From the NCBI RefSeq assembly GCF_964355755.1, contig NC_092670.1, forward strand, positions 29,996,388 to 30,060,387: a stretch of 64,000 bases of DNA, given 5' to 3'. A model generated the notes under the pieces. It was not told the DNA's origin. It worked only from the letters and a program-made list of their open reading frames with translations, and made no database searches. Below are positions 63,230 to 64,000 of this stretch, in pieces. A program made the translations under genes and the position numbers. The DNA comes from Antedon mediterranea (taxonomy: Eukaryota > Animalia > Echinodermata). Every line of letters starts with the position of its first letter. Position 1 is the first letter of the stretch.

Positions 63230-63630
63230 GTTTATAAACCACCCACTATTGCATTTCATCGTCCTCACAACCTTCGTGATATATTAGTCAGATCCAAATT
63301 TAATAGTGAAATTAACACTCATGACAGCCAATAATGGGCTTTTCCGCAAATCTTGCAAAACGTGTTTATTGGTTGATTATACTGAAAAATCAATTAATTG
63401 TCTAACCAAAAAACGTCCTTTATCTCATATACTGTAATATTTGTGGTACGTCGGGAAAACAAACAAAAAACTCTCCCTATGAGAATAACAACACAGATCA
63501 GCTATCAAAACATTTAAGCTTGATCAACCTGTAGCCGAACATTTTAATTCAGCTGGTCACTCAAATTGCAAATTTCAATAGACCACGATGTCAAATCGAG
63601 CGACAAAACTCGCAAAGACAAAGAATATAT
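63230..63630 (+). pseudogene. Degenerate Penelope-like linker + GIY-YIG endonuclease fragment
   Basis: KPPTIAFHRPHNLRDILVRSKF, SCKTC, YVGKTNKKLS, QHRSAIKTFKLDQPVAEHFNSAGHS across frameshifts and stops. Confidence 0.75.
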
Positions 63631-64000
63631 ATACGAGTAAGAGTTAACTAGATCGTCTGGTTACAGTGCTCGATACCATTGGTAGAGCTAGATATGTATC
63701 ACAATAAAAATAAAACTTGGTTACTTCATGGTACTTTATTGACTATAAATTTGTTTTGTATTCTAGCAAAGCTAACACACTCGTCGGGTAAAAAGTACAA
63801 CCATAACTGACACAACTCTACAGGGTTACATAACATGTATGGGCAGCAAGTCGGATTGTTTATTTGTTTATAATTGCCTATTGTTTGTGGTTCTGTTTGT
63901 GTTATTAATTATAAATGTCTATGTCTACAAGTGATACCAGCTCAGTTTTGCTGTTAAGTGTGCCAAGTTTAGGATAACATATAATAATGTATTTTTCATA

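Overview
AT-rich, intron-rich metazoan genomic DNA. An invertebrate deuterostome, possibly an echinoderm, is suggested by Gmr1-type Gypsy elements and a Deu/Nin-domain SINE, but this is inference only. The window holds two tandem, same-strand paralogs of an unusual membrane protein: signal peptide + LRRNT + about 15 LRRs (each mostly on its own symmetric phase-2 exon) + Cys-rich repeats + a roughly 9-helix multipass membrane domain + a short acidic tail. There is no TIR domain and no rhodopsin DRY/NPxxY motif. Gene A (3268-22670, 5' end outside the window) is intact over 16 exons. Gene B (24733-56629) is a pseudogene: it has lost a splice donor and seven exons, carries frameshifts and has a transposon in its main exon, yet shares a 221-bp near-identical (gene-conversion-like) tract with gene A. 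The introns are packed with nested mobile DNA: two head-to-head Gmr1-order (PR-IN-RT-RH) Gypsy LTR elements, Tx1/L1-like and CR1/L2-like LINE fragments, a foldback Academ-like transposon, hAT-, MULE- and Harbinger-like non-autonomous elements, Helentron-associated (GTCY)n repeats, Penelope-like fragments with minimal hammerhead ribozyme motifs, and a (TA)n-associated repeat with a fully paired tRNA-Asp-like cloverleaf at its centre. All coordinates were read by eye; family names come from motif recognition, not database searches.
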